Shown here: in pieces, positions 57,062 through 57,228 of the stretch
How the letters are laid out: each line of letters begins with the position of its first letter
Numbering within the stretch: the stretch's first letter is position 1
NCBI GenBank assembly: GCA_046318155.1
Contig: JBKCUU010000023.1
Span: 1 to 57,228, forward strand
From: Bdellovibrio sp.
GTDB taxonomy: Bacteria; Bdellovibrionota; Bdellovibrionia; Bdellovibrionales; Bdellovibrionaceae
Reading direction: 5' to 3'
Length of the DNA stretch: 57,228 bases
The notes under the pieces: generated by a model
What the model was told of the DNA's origin: nothing
What the model saw: only the letters and a program-made list of their open reading frames with translations
The model's database searches: none
Made by a program: the position numbers and the translations under genes

Positions 57062-57228
57062 GGAGAGGGACCCGCATCAAGGCCAGTCCGAGAAAAGAGG
57101 ATCTCGTCAGTGCAAATCATTCGGATCGATGAGGTAGAATTCGGTTATTTGGATTTCGAAGATTTCGCCTATGTCGGATACCATTTTGTAGGTGCCGCGC
57201 ATTTGGCCTGATGAGGTGACCAATGGGC

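Noticed and set aside
55501..57167. Integron attC sites or a CRISPR array
   Set aside because: No clear RYYYAAC/GTTRRRY box pair, the copies are inverted, there is no integrase or cas gene, and only two units exist.

Overview
Bacterial chromosomal segment. The organisation of the heme cluster and the gene content suggest a Bdellovibrionota-like predator (inference, not verified). Left to right: (1) an AT-rich island (~1-8.9 kb) with two radical SAM enzymes, a GT2, a glycosyltransferase-like/methyltransferase fusion, an HTTM-like pair and AAA+/DUF4143 ATPases, ending at a 179-bp MITE that truncates the second radical SAM gene. (2) A light/oxidative-stress block: OsmC, DUF393, GbsR-type regulator, TIGR03643, an Fe-S-less (6-4)-type photolyase, and ovoA head-to-head with a class V PLP enzyme. 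(3) A decayed BlaI/M56 locus with its operators. (4) TetR plus a 1420-aa RND-TolC fusion carrying an internal signal peptide. (5) ROK kinase, three alpha/beta hydrolases, GT9, GT39 and a vWA lipoprotein. (6) A hemA-hemC(D)-hemL-HK-RR-hemE-hemN-hemG-hemH-hemB operon with an OmpR-type direct repeat at its promoter. (7) An LTA-synthase/RR/HK module, ALDH, DMT, FKBP, pdxH and pcp. (8) A decayed Phd-ParE-like TA and lipoprotein region bracketed by two palindromic elements that share a conserved ~52-bp core but have unrelated, self-complementary arms. Several genes appear leaderless. No rRNA, tRNA or CRISPR array was seen. All family calls come from motif recognition by eye; no searches were run.
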